Shown in pieces: positions 46,689 through 60,400 of a DNA stretch of 64,000 bases. The translations under genes were made by a program, and so were the position numbers. The notes under the pieces were generated by a model. The model did no database searches, was not told where the DNA came from, and worked only from the letters and a program-made list of their open reading frames with translations. Source of the stretch: Bugula neritina (lineage: Eukaryota; Animalia; Bryozoa); NCBI GenBank assembly GCA_964035545.1, contig OZ037768.1, positions 19,017,700 through 19,081,699 on the forward strand, written 5' to 3'. The number at the start of each line of letters is the position of its first letter. The first letter of the stretch is position 1.

Positions 46689-48105
46689 TTAGAAATTTGG
46701 GTATGCAGTTGCTATTGCTCCGTTGTAGCTCGCATAGGTCTGTACAATCAATCTCCTGCCATTCAATGTGAATTCACATTTCTGGTTTCGTCTAGTCAAA
46801 AAGCAAACTGTATAGACTGCCATCTCGAATTCTGGGCTTGTGCCGATAAACATTGAGCTTCCAAATTTCGAGTAGCTTCCCCATTTAAACTTAACCTCAT
46901 ATAAATTGTTCTACAAATGAAATTAATCTTACAGTTGAGTTGTATGCTCTATGAAGTCGTTCAATAATTTATTAGCTATAATGATAAATAATTAAAAATG
47001 GTATTGAAGCTATATTTTATTTTTGTTATTTCTTACCTCTACTTCTGTGTCTAAATATCCTTGGTAGTTTATAAGTAAAGCTGCTTCTCTTTGGTATGCT
47101 GCCACCCAGTTATGGAGACCGCTTATCTCTCCTTTTTCTTGACTTAATTCTCCAACAAAAATATGCTCAAAACCTGATGAGCCGGTAATACCTTTGCCCC
47201 TCGAGTATTCCATAAACCATATTCTTTGTATTTCTTGCATCAACTCCCTGCTTGTTGAGACATAACCTAAACAGTAACAAGTTCTTAAGCTTCTATACAT
47301 ATGACGTTTTGCAGTATTAAATTGCTAAAGCTTTATTTTCCGTTACCTTTTTCTGTAAGGAATCTTCTGACTTCCTGCCACACTGTTGTTCCCATAATAG
47401 AATTAATAAATGTGCTCTGCTCGCTCTGCTCTGCTATGCTGGACTTGTCATGAACATGGGTCAATGGTTCATAATTGTCTAAGAGTGCTATGAACTTTTT
47501 GTATGTTGATTTTTTACTCAGGTTTGGAACAGAAGAAAATAACCTGCAAAAATTGAAGTATTTATTAAATAACGCTGCCTATAACCTATAGGTGTGCAGG
47601 CATGATGCCTTTTTCATCACGCATGCAAACCCAACTTTACTAAAAACATTTGGATAAAACATAGAAAATAAAGCAAAATTAAAAAACAACCTTGCCTATT
47701 CAGTTGTACTTGTTAATATTTTATCAGTTTCATGCAAGAAACTAGATACATCAGCGGCTAAACGGTGAAAATAGCTAAAAACTAGAGATATATAGTGTGT
47801 ATTAAATTAAGTAAATTGGCCCAAGTTTAATGAGCTCAAATTTCAAACATTCTGTTAAAGACCTTGATGGAAATTATATTGCGTCATGGATCTGTTCTAA
47901 GTTATTCTTATATATACCTGGAGTAGGCTCGGTCAGTGTCACTATAGCCATTCGTTCTGCTCTGAAGATTCAGTACCAATTCTCTGCCAATTACAAATCG
48001 GTTCGAGTCAGCATTCCACAATGTCTGCATTACTCGGGACAACTCCGCTTCGGTTACAGCTGAGTTTACTCCCGCGAAGCAAGTCAACAAAATAAGAAGC
48101 AACAT
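46689..48105 (-). CDS. ENDOU: EndoU/XendoU-family uridylate-specific endoribonuclease with signal peptide (4 exons)
   Basis: Exons ~47918-48105, 47347-47543, 47037-47266, 46689-46910; LWNADSN, SSGFEHIFVGE, GLHNW, KFGSSMFIGTSPEFEMAVYTVCF, IATAYP; N-terminus MLLLILLTCFAGVNSA. Confidence 0.93.
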
Positions 48106-48418
48106 GATTATAATTAAGAGTGTGCACTCACCAATAACCTATTTAGAAATGTTTTACTTTGTTATCAGAGTGCTACCAATGCTGATAACGTCTAAATCTA
48201 ACAGCTGTTGTGTCATGTCACAAGACGTACATCCTCTTTGAATGAAATATAGTAGTTATGATGAAATATTCTCTAAATTTTAACTTGGTAAATGCTAATA
48301 ATCTATTATGATTTTTTGACGCTGATCAAAAAATCAAGCAGAAGAACAATTTTTTAATAAAACATTTTATTTTTGGTTGGATTTTCAGAATAGGGACTTG
48401 CGAGGCTGAAGTGCTAGT

Positions 48419-51400
48419 ATGGGTGATGAAATCAAAGGGTTTTTGTATGCATGGCTTGGCAAGCGTAAACTAACTCCTGTATATGAGATTGAGCCAGCCG
48501 GATCAAAGCAGAGACTAAGGTTCATGTGTAAGGTAATAATGAAATGTAATGCATTATTTATCAGTTGTTTGGCTTCAAGTGTGCCAAAACCACCAGATGT
48601 TGTCGTGAAAACAGCCGCCTGTAGTATTGACGAACTGTAAAACTGTAAATTTGAACTGGTTAAGTTTTATGTAGTTTTGCATTAAAGCAATAGTGTCGAT
48701 CTTAGCAAATTCCTCAACAAGGAAAAGGCTTACTAGAAGCATTTTTATAATTCTTTTGTAATATGAGATGATATTTTAATATGTTATAAGTTAATTGTAA
48801 TGATTCATTTAAATGGTTTTTTTCTCTATAAGAAAGCTTCTAGTAAAAATTTATGTTTTTTTTTCAAAAATGTCATTTGTAGATTTTCAATTGAGCTTAA
48901 TTATCAATCAGACAATCCATTATCCAACTAATTCTTTTGTGTAATTTCTTTCAGTTACCTCAATGAACAAATAGTACGCATCCTGTGTTGTAGGGTGCCA
49001 CTTTTATCTTGAATCTGCATTAGGATTTGTCAATTTCTGTTTATATATATAATTTAGCTATCAGTGGAAGGTCTTAATTATGTTGGTATGGGCAACTCTA
49101 CGAATAAAAAGGACGCACAGTCGAATGCAGCTCGGGACTTTTGCCAGTTCTTAGTTCGAAAGGGGGATATGATAGCAGAGGATGTTCCAGCTATGGGACA
49201 GACACAGGTTATTTTTTTACATACTGTAATTTTATGCTTGGATATTCGACTAGATATCGACTATCGAGTTTGTTTTATATGCTATGCTGAAAAATTTCTT
49301 TACGTATCATTTGAGATGCTTTTTGGACTAAGTTTTGCTCAATCTTATAGTATATAATTTTATTCTTTGAGGTAGAAGTATTGAATGATGATTTTATATA
49401 TTATATAAACTTACCATCTCAAAAAATAAATTTAAATTAAATATAAATAAATTGAAAATAAAATTTAAAGCCTGCAAGATTCAAATTTTAGACAATGATA
49501 GAAAACAACTCCCTACCAGTTTCCCTTCCGCCCGGCACATCTCCGGGACCCGGAGCCTCACATTCACTGCCTTCAGGTATTGTACCGCCACACATGATGC
49601 TGGGTAAAGGTGCCGGTGGGTCTCAGGACCAGCCAGTTGGCAGAGCGCCAATGAAAGAATACATGGATCGAGTCACTGATAAAAGGAAATGGGAAGATGT
49701 ACGTAATTGAATGTTATCTTTGCATAGTCGTAAGAGTAGGTAGTTTTTGCTTGTGATTGGCCTTATTGTAGCAAGGTGTGTGTCTGTGGAAATGTATACA
49801 TGTTGCATCTGTAGGCAGAGGATGCTGACATGAATGCTGACATACACGGTGGATGGACTGTAGAGAATGCAAAGGGCAGGCTTCATCAGTACATACAGAC
49901 ATTCAGAATTAAAACTGATTATCAGTACAAAATGATTGGTCCAGAACATAACAGGTGTGCTGGTGTTATTGGTCATGGTTATTTTTAGTTCTGCCTGACT
50001 TATGCTTCACGAGCATGACAGCATTTATTTGTGGTCTTCTAGATTAGAAATATGTTTTGGAAAATAAAAGCAAAGTAGGTGTTCTGGTGCTGGCTGTAGA
50101 TCTGTTTTCTATTATTTAGCAAGCCCAATAATGTTTAACCAGCATTGTTGAAACCTTCACACTATATATTCCCCAATACTAGTAACTTTATGCCATTATT
50201 CTGCCTTTTCTTGTTGCTACAGGTAATTTCATTTAGTTACTGTATCAAGGTTAATTTTCTGATTACTTGCATATTTTTTTAGATTATGTCAGCTGACCAC
50301 AAATATTTTCTTTAATGCGTTATTTTTCAACATTAAAAAAGGCAAATATGTAGGTGTGTTATTCACATATTTATTTGCCGAGCAGTTGGTCTTGAGAAAG
50401 GGCAAGGAGTAAAGAATTGATGACCCGCGCAGCAGTGTATGATATAAACTAGCTGATTCAATGATGTCTCCATGACATCTGAGATTCACACATGAGATGT
50501 TGAGTAAACATCTACTCTGCTTCTCATGGCTTCTTTGGAAACCAGCAGCTATATTTTATATCTTACACTGCAACCCAGTCTTACCTTACTTCTATTTTGG
50601 TGACAGGATATCTTTACTCCTTGCCCTTGGTGATTCCATGCTCTTGGGGACAGCGTCTTATAGTCATTGGTAGACAAGTAAGTTAAACTCATATAAAACA
50701 TTTTTGCATTGTCAAGTTTCTAGGAAATTTTAAATGGAGCATGATTTGTAAATTTAGTGACCATTCATTTTAATGTGAACCTTTTAGTCGTTGAGAGATT
50801 TGTTTTTGGCTCGAGTTTCTGTTCCTGATTCACCAGTTCAGCTACCAATATTTTTAGTTTACATCTGATTTTATAAGTATTGTTTGGGTATGGTGTGACT
50901 TTTGATAATGATGCTTTGTTTTAGGAGCTTCATAGCTGCGATGACTTTCTTTGACAAAAAACTGAACAGAAGTGAGTGATTATAACCTGATAATACCACC
51001 TAGTAGCATGTTTTTGTTTCTTTTAATAATTCACTACGTTTTGATTCTTCACATTGATTTAAATGTATTTGGTCAACAGCAACATGTCAATGAAACCCCA
51101 AGCTGCTGGAATTTGTTTGGTTAGTTTGAGGGGCAAGCCATTTGATGATGCTGATGGAAATTGTTGTGGCAACAAGCTATTGCTAATTTCAACACTAGTT
51201 ATCTTTTTAATTAACTTATAACTAAAGAGCATCCATTTGACTATGAGCGTAGTGATAAAGAAGACTTGAATTGTAAGCAATTTACTGAAAGTAAACTATT
51301 ACTAGGAGGTTTCATCAACACGTTATGTCTGTCTCAAATGATTGCCAAAAATTTCAAGTTTTATGTCATGTTATTTTGATAAAAATGGTTTTTGTTCATT

Positions 51401-54400
51401 GTTAGAAGTCAAATTTTTTTATCAATTTAAATATCCACCAAAATACAAAACTAATCAAGTCTAATTTTCTATGGTGTATCTAAACAACCACGCTGATCTT
51501 ACAGATATATCTGCAAATGAGTCAGGTTCCAACAAGCTACAAGCCTCCAAGAACTGTGCCCTCTCATTGGTCAGACAGCTTTATCATCTCAAAATCATAG
51601 AAGCTTTCACTGGCCAGAAAAAGAAAAAAGCTGGAGATGAGGTTATATTTCTAAATGATTCATCAAGAATTTTCTTTCTTGTTTGAGATAAACCCAGTAA
51701 AATAGGAAAGCTACAATACATCTGCTATTACTTTACTTTGCTTATAATAATATATCTCGTGCTTCTAACATAGAGGAAAGCACATACAACTCCTGGTTTA
51801 CTGTTCTAATCATGCGAAGTTTACATGCAGTTCCTCTACTCCCTTTCCTTGACTTCAAATGTGAAAACCCACAGTAGCCTATATTAAACACTCTTTCTAA
51901 TGCTGTAACTAAATGTAAGTTGATTTCATGCTCTCTAGGTACCAACTTATAACATTGGTGTAGATCCTGATATTCTGACGCAGATAAACAGCTACCTGCA
52001 AGCCAACAACATCACCCCAGCCACATCAGTGAGTGATCATATATTTACATAACCTTACTCAGTTTAAACTTGACAATAAATTAAAACTGTTCTGTTTGTT
52101 CTCTATCACATTCTCTGTTTAATTCATCTTATTGCTGGTGAAGTTTAGACATGCTTCCATCTTTACTACTGAGAAATGTATACCAGTTAAGCTTATTTCC
52201 ATAACTAACAGATGGGCTGAACTTCTTAGGGAGGTTTTTCAAACTAGTAGGCATGTACAGAAAAAAAAACTTGTTAATTTTTCATTTTGCACTCTTAAAT
52301 CTAAATAATAAGCTAGAATTTTTTTATGAAATGTAATATTTTTAGTTAGAAGGTTTTACTGCTATTAACACAGAGCTTTGCTTTAGAATGCTGATGGTTC
52401 AGCCTGTTCACTCTTGCCTCCAGCTGAAAAGTCTATTAAATCTGAGGAAGTTAAGCCGGATAAGTTTGGGGTGGTGTCTTGGGCGCCTCCTCAACCAAAC
52501 TGGAACCCCTGGTCCTCCTGCAACATAGATGACGGGCCTCTGGCACTGGTAAGCCACGCAATGTTCATTCTAAAACATTTATGCCCCTTTAAAGTTTTGT
52601 TTGGTTTGATATATTAGTTTGTTTCTCTGGTTGTTTGAACTTGGCAGTGGCAGCTGTGAGTAGGATTTGCTTGTACTACAAGAGCAACCTCCACATTAGT
52701 AAAGTCGTTTTTTTTTTCATTTTCAAGAAGATGTAGTAGAATGTTCCTTTCTGTGACGCTGAAGTCTATATATTACCTTCTCTTTCCTGATGTTACAGAG
52801 TACTCTGGAGCAAGTTAGTTTTGATCTCAAAAATGATTTGAACTATAAAATGGAAACTGAAGACTGGAAGAAGGTACATCTCACAAATTATAAACATTTC
52901 TATACAAACTGTTACGGCTAATCAATCATGAGCCCATAACTCTAAACCAGCATCAGTATTGCCTGCAGTAACCTAGCAACTCACTAACAAAGCCCACCAG
53001 TGTTCTCACCACATGCTTAATATGATTCAGTAATATTCGGTGATTTTAAAAATTTCTGGTCAAAAAAGTCTTTTTATTGAGCAAATGATTTGCAAGTTTT
53101 AAAGATAACATCATAATTGTCTAACTGCTATATAAACGATGCACAGTGCTCCCTCCGTATCTCACTAATCTATGGGTCCCGAAACCTCAACTTGTGACAT
53201 AGTAGAATATTATATTTAACTCATGGATATCTTAAATTCGGTCACTTTGTCCCTATACACACATATAAAGCTACAAAATGGGGGTTCAAGCCTTTCTGGT
53301 GACCTATGGAACTTCGTGAGAACTGGAATCGTGAGATACAGAGGGAGCACTGTATTGTAAGTAGTAAGTAGTACAAACCATTTATTTAGTGTTCATGTTA
53401 AATCACAGCACTTGTCTTGTACCTGCAGATGCTGGAACAGAGACAAGAGCTGCCCGTGTTCTCCTTCAAAGAAGCATTATGTAATACCATAGCAACTAAC
53501 AGGGTGACTGTAGTTCGCGGAGCCACAGGCTGTGGGAAGACAACTCAGATACCTCAGTTTGTTCTCGACCAGTATATAGAGTCAGGGGCCGGTGCCCAGT
53601 GCAGTATAATAGTCACCCAGGTAACATATATTGCTGCTATATTACTGTTTAATATCACTGTCCATTAATCGTTATTTTACGTTTATGTTTATAGAATAGT
53701 TTTTCTTCAACAAAAACTTTGAAATAAAATAACTTCTTTGGTTTTGTTTTTGCAATACCTTGTGTATTACCTAAAGTAATTTTCCAATCATTTTATTCTA
53801 ATTGTAAAAGTGGTATTGAATATGAGGTAGGGTATAAGAATAACTCTTGGTATTGTTGTGATATCACACTGTCCTTCAGCCTAGACGGATCAGTGCTATA
53901 TCGATAGCTGAGCGAGTCGCTGAGGAGCGGTGTGAACCTCTGGGCATTAGCTGCGGATACAGCGTGAGATTCGAGTCTGCATTTCCTAGGGAATATGGTG
54001 GAATACTCTATTGTACAGTTGGTAGGTATAGTTGATGTTTAACACAAGAGGTAGTGTTCTAGTGAGTAAGACTACGTTATGCTATGTTAATGAGCTTTTC
54101 TCTGAATGCTAGGTACGTTGCTAAGGAAACTAGACAATGGAATGCGCGGAGTTTCGCACATCTTCTGCGACGAGATTCATGAAAGAGATTTGAATGTAAG
54201 CTAAGTTCTTAGCATGGAAAATTGTTTTGAAATGTTGTGACATAAAATGTCAATAAAGCAACTGAGTATTTTTTATTTTAATTAGAATTTGTTATTTGCA
54301 GACTGATTTTATAGACTGTGTTTTATAGACTGACTTTATGATGGTTGTGTTGCGGGACATGATTCAGACGTACCCTGATCTAAGAGTGGTTCTCATGTCT

Positions 54401-57400
54401 GCCACTGTCGATATCTCTCTCTTCAAAGAGTACTTTGGTGAATGTGAAGTAGTAGAACTACAGGGCCGCACGTTTCCTGTTCAAGGTATTGTCTATGAAC
54501 TGGGATAATAGCAGGTGCCAGCTATTTTAGTTAGTGCTGTGCAAAAGCAGAAGTGTTCCCTCTCTAATCTGTAATAGTTGGTGTCTTGGAAATATTGTAT
54601 CAGTGTAAGTGTTGCATGTAAGTCTGTATTACTATAAGTATTTCTTGCTATACTAGCTCTTCTTGTTTTAGTTTATTGACTATTATTTGCCACGGTTGTC
54701 TGATCTCTGTAACACTTTTAGTAACTTAGAAGCTGGCTTATTTGAAAATTTTTGCTAAAACTTGTTTTAAGACTCGAACATACCCAGCAGAGTGAAGTAT
54801 GCAAACCTCGCTGTAAGCATATCAGCAGATTGCTTCTAGCATCTAGTCTTATTGTAATATTTTCTCTGCAGAATATTATTTGGAAGACGTCGTAGAGATG
54901 CTTCATTTTGTACCTCCACTCGCCGAGAAAAAGAAAAGAAAAGATAGAGATGAAAGTATGCCTGAGGAAGATGTGGAGAAAGAGGTTTGTTTTGTATTTC
55001 AATATTTAACTGAATGTACGATTTCGTGAGCTCAATTCTCTCTCACTAGCCTTCAATTCGTTTATCTTTATATATAAACGGCATAGTCTTTACTAATAGA
55101 TGTACAGCAAAAGGAAGTTACCAAATATTTGGCAGTTTTTACTGCATAATATTTTCTTTAAATGGGTTTATATGGACTAGTATAATAGCCAGTTGTAAAT
55201 GAAACGATAATCAGTATTCTTTTTTATTTATCTTTTAAAGCATTTCTTCGATTTCATAAACTAAGTTTCGTTATAAACTATATTCTTTTGTATATTTACG
55301 AATCTCAAGTCACAACTTCACAGTGATGTAGTATTTCCCTGTACACAGGAGAATTGCCTGCTCAATGTATCTACACAATATTCACCACAAACTCGGGAGT
55401 CCCTGGCGCAGATGTCTGAAAAAGAAATCTCTTTTCCTCTCATTGAAGTGCTGATCAAATATATTCTCACCCTGGAGACCCCTGGGGCCATTCTTATCTT
55501 TCTTGATGGCTGGAACATTATCTTCAAACTGATGAAGCATCTGGAAGCACATCCAGAGTTTGGTGAGATTTCTTGATATGTTTTTTAGTAAAGCTCACCT
55601 GATGTGTCATTGTTTGGTGGAGCTGAGGCAGATTTGTTGTCTTCGGGACATGTTTCTTAGCTCAGATATTAAAAGACCCATCATTTATTTTTAATTTATG
55701 TTTTTTTTCTTTAGATCATTTTCATGCAGCATATTGTGGTACTTGGGCCGTAATTGCCTTCAAATCATGTTTTGTAGCACCCCAATAGCATAAGTAATAT
55801 AAGACAAACCATTTAGTTATTTTATGTTTCTTTTTCACAATATAGTCATGTAGCATATTCTGTTACTTTGGTCTTTATTGCTTAATTGTTTTTACAAAGT
55901 TTCAGCCACATATTCTCTCTTCCCATCTTGGGAGTAAATAAACATTTTTCAGTATTTACTTTGAAGACCACGTAAATGTTTTAATAAAACCAACAAATTT
56001 GCTTTCTGAACAAGTTTTCAATTAGTGTGACAGATACATATTCCTTTTACATACATGTAAACAATTTCAATTTTGTGCATTTATTTTGACATGGAGCAGG
56101 GTCAGACCAATTTAGAATACTGCCTCTACATAGTCAGATTCCTAGAGAAGATCAACATCGGGTGTTTGTCCCCTCCCCTCAAGGCGTTACAAAAATTATC
56201 TTATCAACCAACATAGCCGAGTCTAGTATCACCATCAACGACGTTGTATATGTCATAGACAGCTGCAAGTGAGTTGACTATAGAAATATCCACACGGAAT
56301 TTGTAGTGTAAAAATTGTGTCATTAACTATCGTGTATGAGTCATTTTACTTTATTTAGTACCTGCAAATTAGGATCAACAATTATAATTGGTTAAATTCA
56401 TAAAAATACAGCAAATTGTAGTATTTTTTATACTGATTGCAAATATGTATAAGAAAAAAAGGCTGAGAGGGAGCCCTCAGTGCATTAAATTATACTGGTT
56501 ATTAACATGTGGGTCTGGGCAATTGTTTCTCAAAACTATTTTGCTTAAATTATGGCTGTTGAAGGAAAATATTGGGATCGTTTGTATTTCATTTGAAAGA
56601 TTGAAAGCTGTAATATTTATATTTAATGATTTAGCTTTATTTGGTGACAAATTATTAATTTTAGGCAAAAACATATACATTAGCATCTATAATTTTATAA
56701 AGTAGGCTAAATGGTAAAATGGCACATTTGTAAATTTATACATTGTGTAGCAGGATTTTTAAATTTATCACAAAAAGTAATGATAATTAACCCTAAGAAA
56801 GTATTTACATTGTTTAGAGTAAAGATGAAGCTGTTTACATCTCATAACAACATGACCAACTACGCTACAGTGTGGGCTTCAAAATCTAACTTGGCCCAGC
56901 GAAGAGGCAGGGCAGGTAGAGTGAGGCATGGTTTCTGCTTCCACCTATGTACTAAGACTAGATTTGACAGGTATGTATAAATCTGTTGTCTTGTAAAAAT
57001 GAAATTACTAAAATATTTGTTTGTAAAAATAGTTTCACTGTAGTAGATTATACAAAAGAGGCCATAAATATGGTATTTTGGTTAGAATTATCTAAAGCAA
57101 TTTTTCTTTTAATTAAAAAGATTTTTTTTGGGCTTTCGGTCGTATTCAAATATATGATTATTAAAGAGGTGCTTGGGGTGTATACATCTGGAAACAGAAT
57201 TATTTTTTATCTTTACAAACAAAATCTTTTTTAATAATTATTTACATTTATTTTATAAGATTTTCCAGCGATTAAAAATGTTATATCAGAGTTGTATCGA
57301 AAGGTTATTATGCTGTTAATTATGGTCTCATTTCTCAGACTCGATGAACATTCTACCCCTGAGATATTCCGAACACCTCTGCACGAGTTAGCCTTGAGTA

Positions 57401-60400
57401 TCAAGTCTTTGAAACTAGGTGGGATTGGGCCATTCCTTGCTAAAGCTGTAGAACCACCCCCAATTGATGCAGTCATTGAAGCTGAGGCTGTGTTAAGAGG
57501 TTGAGTTTTTTATTCATTTAATACTTAATAGACTATTTAGCTTAAGGGTGTTATAAATTTTTAATTTCATTATAACAGTAAACTGTCTTTCCAGCATGTT
57601 TTGTAGTCTAATGCATTGGAAATATTTGTTTTATAATATTAAAATGAGCCAAGAGTCAAAACCTTAAATAACTTCATGAAAATAGCAAAACGATTTCCCC
57701 TCTGTTTCACTTTAGGAAAGATGAAGCTGTTGTATGCAACTTTGTTTTGCTTTGTTTTCACTAAACTTAGTTTATTGCTATAATAGTTTAAAAGGAGGTA
57801 ACTTTATACTGACCATTAAAGCTGTTATATTGTCGTATTTTTTGAGTTTTGATATTCTGTAATATTATAGCATCTAAAATCTCTGCTAAGAAGATTGGAA
57901 TAAACTGAAATAATTTGCTGTTCTGTAAGCTCTACCTACTCTTGTTATTTAGAAATGAAGGCTCTGGATGCAGATGACAATCTCACACCTCTCGGTAAAC
58001 TCTTGTCTAAAATGCCCATTGAGCCTCGGCTTGGAAAAATGATAATTTATGGATGCATTTTATAGTAAGTGTATTATTAGAACTATAAAATTTGGTGTGA
58101 CTTTGGTTAATGTTGCTAGAGCAGTTACAAAGCATTGTCAGTTGGTAACCAAAACACACTGAAGGTAAAACTTTACTTCTATAAATTCAGCCTTCTGTAT
58201 TTATTTCCACCAATTTTGCATCAACTCTATTGTGAATAAACTACATGAAATATATATCGATATGCTTATTGAAGCGAACACTAAATCTCCAATTCAAACT
58301 CTTTAGTCATATTCAGTGTGCCATAGCTTAGAAGAGTCAAGTTGTAAGTTTGGTGCCCTGGAAATGACTCAGAATATTGACCTGAAAATGTAGTGCTAGT
58401 TTTAATAAAAATTCTGAATATTCCTCATGCAGTTTCATTTGTGATAAAAAAATTTGTCTAATTGAATATTTTAAATACATATTTATATTAATACAAAACT
58501 AAAGTTTGATTTTTCCATTTCACATATTAGACAAGATATAATTTTGATTGGCTATTATTGGATGAATATATATTCATCCAATAATAGCCATCCTTATTGA
58601 TGGAAATTCGAAAAAATAGATAGTTTTAGTTATGTTATTGCTACTGTAACAGTCACTTAAGTCACAGTAGTAAATCTGTGTATTACTGTATTATGTTGAT
58701 ATGCTTCAGCAATTGTTTATTTTACTGTATAACTATGATAATCAAGTTTTTATATCTTTTAGCATCTTGATCAGTAACTTGCCCTATGCTCTATCATATC
58801 TACTTAGTATAATTTGCTTTTAAGTTTAATTAACAATGTAGACATGTATTTAATATCTCTAAATTTGTGTTTGGAGTTATTTTCCCTGTTTCTTGTTGGA
58901 ATAATATTTGTATTTGGTGTTCTAGCGTGGGCGACGCTATGTGCACGGTTGCAGCTAGCACTACTTTTGGCGAAATGTGGCAAATGAATACAGAATATGG
59001 GAGAGGGAGGTTGGGCAGAGTTCACATCAACTTTGCCGGTACCAGATGTAGTGACCATGTAGCATACCTCAATGCTTTCAGTGCCTGGGAGCAAGCTAAG
59101 TTAGTACTAGGTTATGGTTCTGTGTTAGGGCCTGGCCACACACTCGTGAGAATCACACGAAATCGTCTATTTGACACGAAAACACAATCGTACGAGAAAA
59201 TTTGAGGGAATTCAAACGAAATCTTCTTCGTTGGGTGTACACAACGAAGATGATGGACGAAAAATCACAATCAATGATAAACATCATTTGATTGGTCAAT
59301 AGAATTTTAGCAACAGTGATTATTTCATTTCTACCACGTTTCTTTGTTTGGCTATTTTCTGCTGTTTGTATCTCGTGCAAGACTCATTCACGGACTATTT
59401 ATTGACATAACGGTCAATAATGAGAGGACAACTCACGAAAATCGTCACACGAGTTTCGTGTGACGAGCGTGAGGCCAGGCCTTTATTTTTCTAAAGTGCT
59501 CGGCGATGACTCGGTTGGTGTAAAAAATTAGGTGATACACAGTTGATGCAGTCAACTTTATCTCATCAAGACTAGAGTGAGCTGGTTCGTTGACTAGACA
59601 TGTATAAGACAAGTAGACAGTTGACTGTAGAAGTATGTAATGAAGTTAGTGACTTCCTTCTCACATCAGGAGTCATGGAGAGGACAGCGAACTGAGGTTC
59701 TGTGATGACAAGATGCTGTCTCAACCCATTCTAAGGATGACATGTGAGGCCAAAAACCAACTGAGAGTGATTTTGGTCAACTACGGGTTTCCCGAAGAAG
59801 CCCTCATGCCACTCAACTACAGCTACCATGGGCCTGATGCTAAGCTTGATGTGGTAATATTTTGTTTGAGTCTAGTCAATTGACTGGCAGTTTTAACATT
59901 CCATTTATTTCAGATATGAAAATTATTTGGATTCCCGCATAAAATGCTGTATTTTTTAAACTAACACCTTTTATATTTCAAAATTCAAGCAATTGTTCTA
60001 AACAATGCAGTGGCCTTGTATATTTACTGATTTACTAGTACAGGGCAGGAAAATTACAGTTGAGGTTTCTCTCAACACTTTACTATTGTAATGTTGGAAC
60101 CTGGTCATCTGGTGCAGTATCTATAGCGGTATATGTAACAGTATCTGTAACAGTATCTGTAACCCTATCTGATACATTGCGTAGGTGACTGGACTTCTAG
60201 GTATGGGACTATACCCTAACGTCTGCTATCATAAAGAGAAGAGAAAGGTTGTAACTACAGAAGGGAAAGCTGCTCTCGTACACAAATCATCAGTCAACTG
60301 CAGTAACATGCCTGTCAAGTTTCCATCACCATTCTTTGTTTTTGGAGAAAAGGTAAATTATAATATAAATTACATCTGCAGCTATAAGTTTTAGCCTTAG

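Noticed and set aside
50460-50483. Box C/D-like ATGATG...CTGA in a DHX9 intron
   Set aside because: Spacing far too short for a snoRNA and it lies inside a MITE-like palindrome
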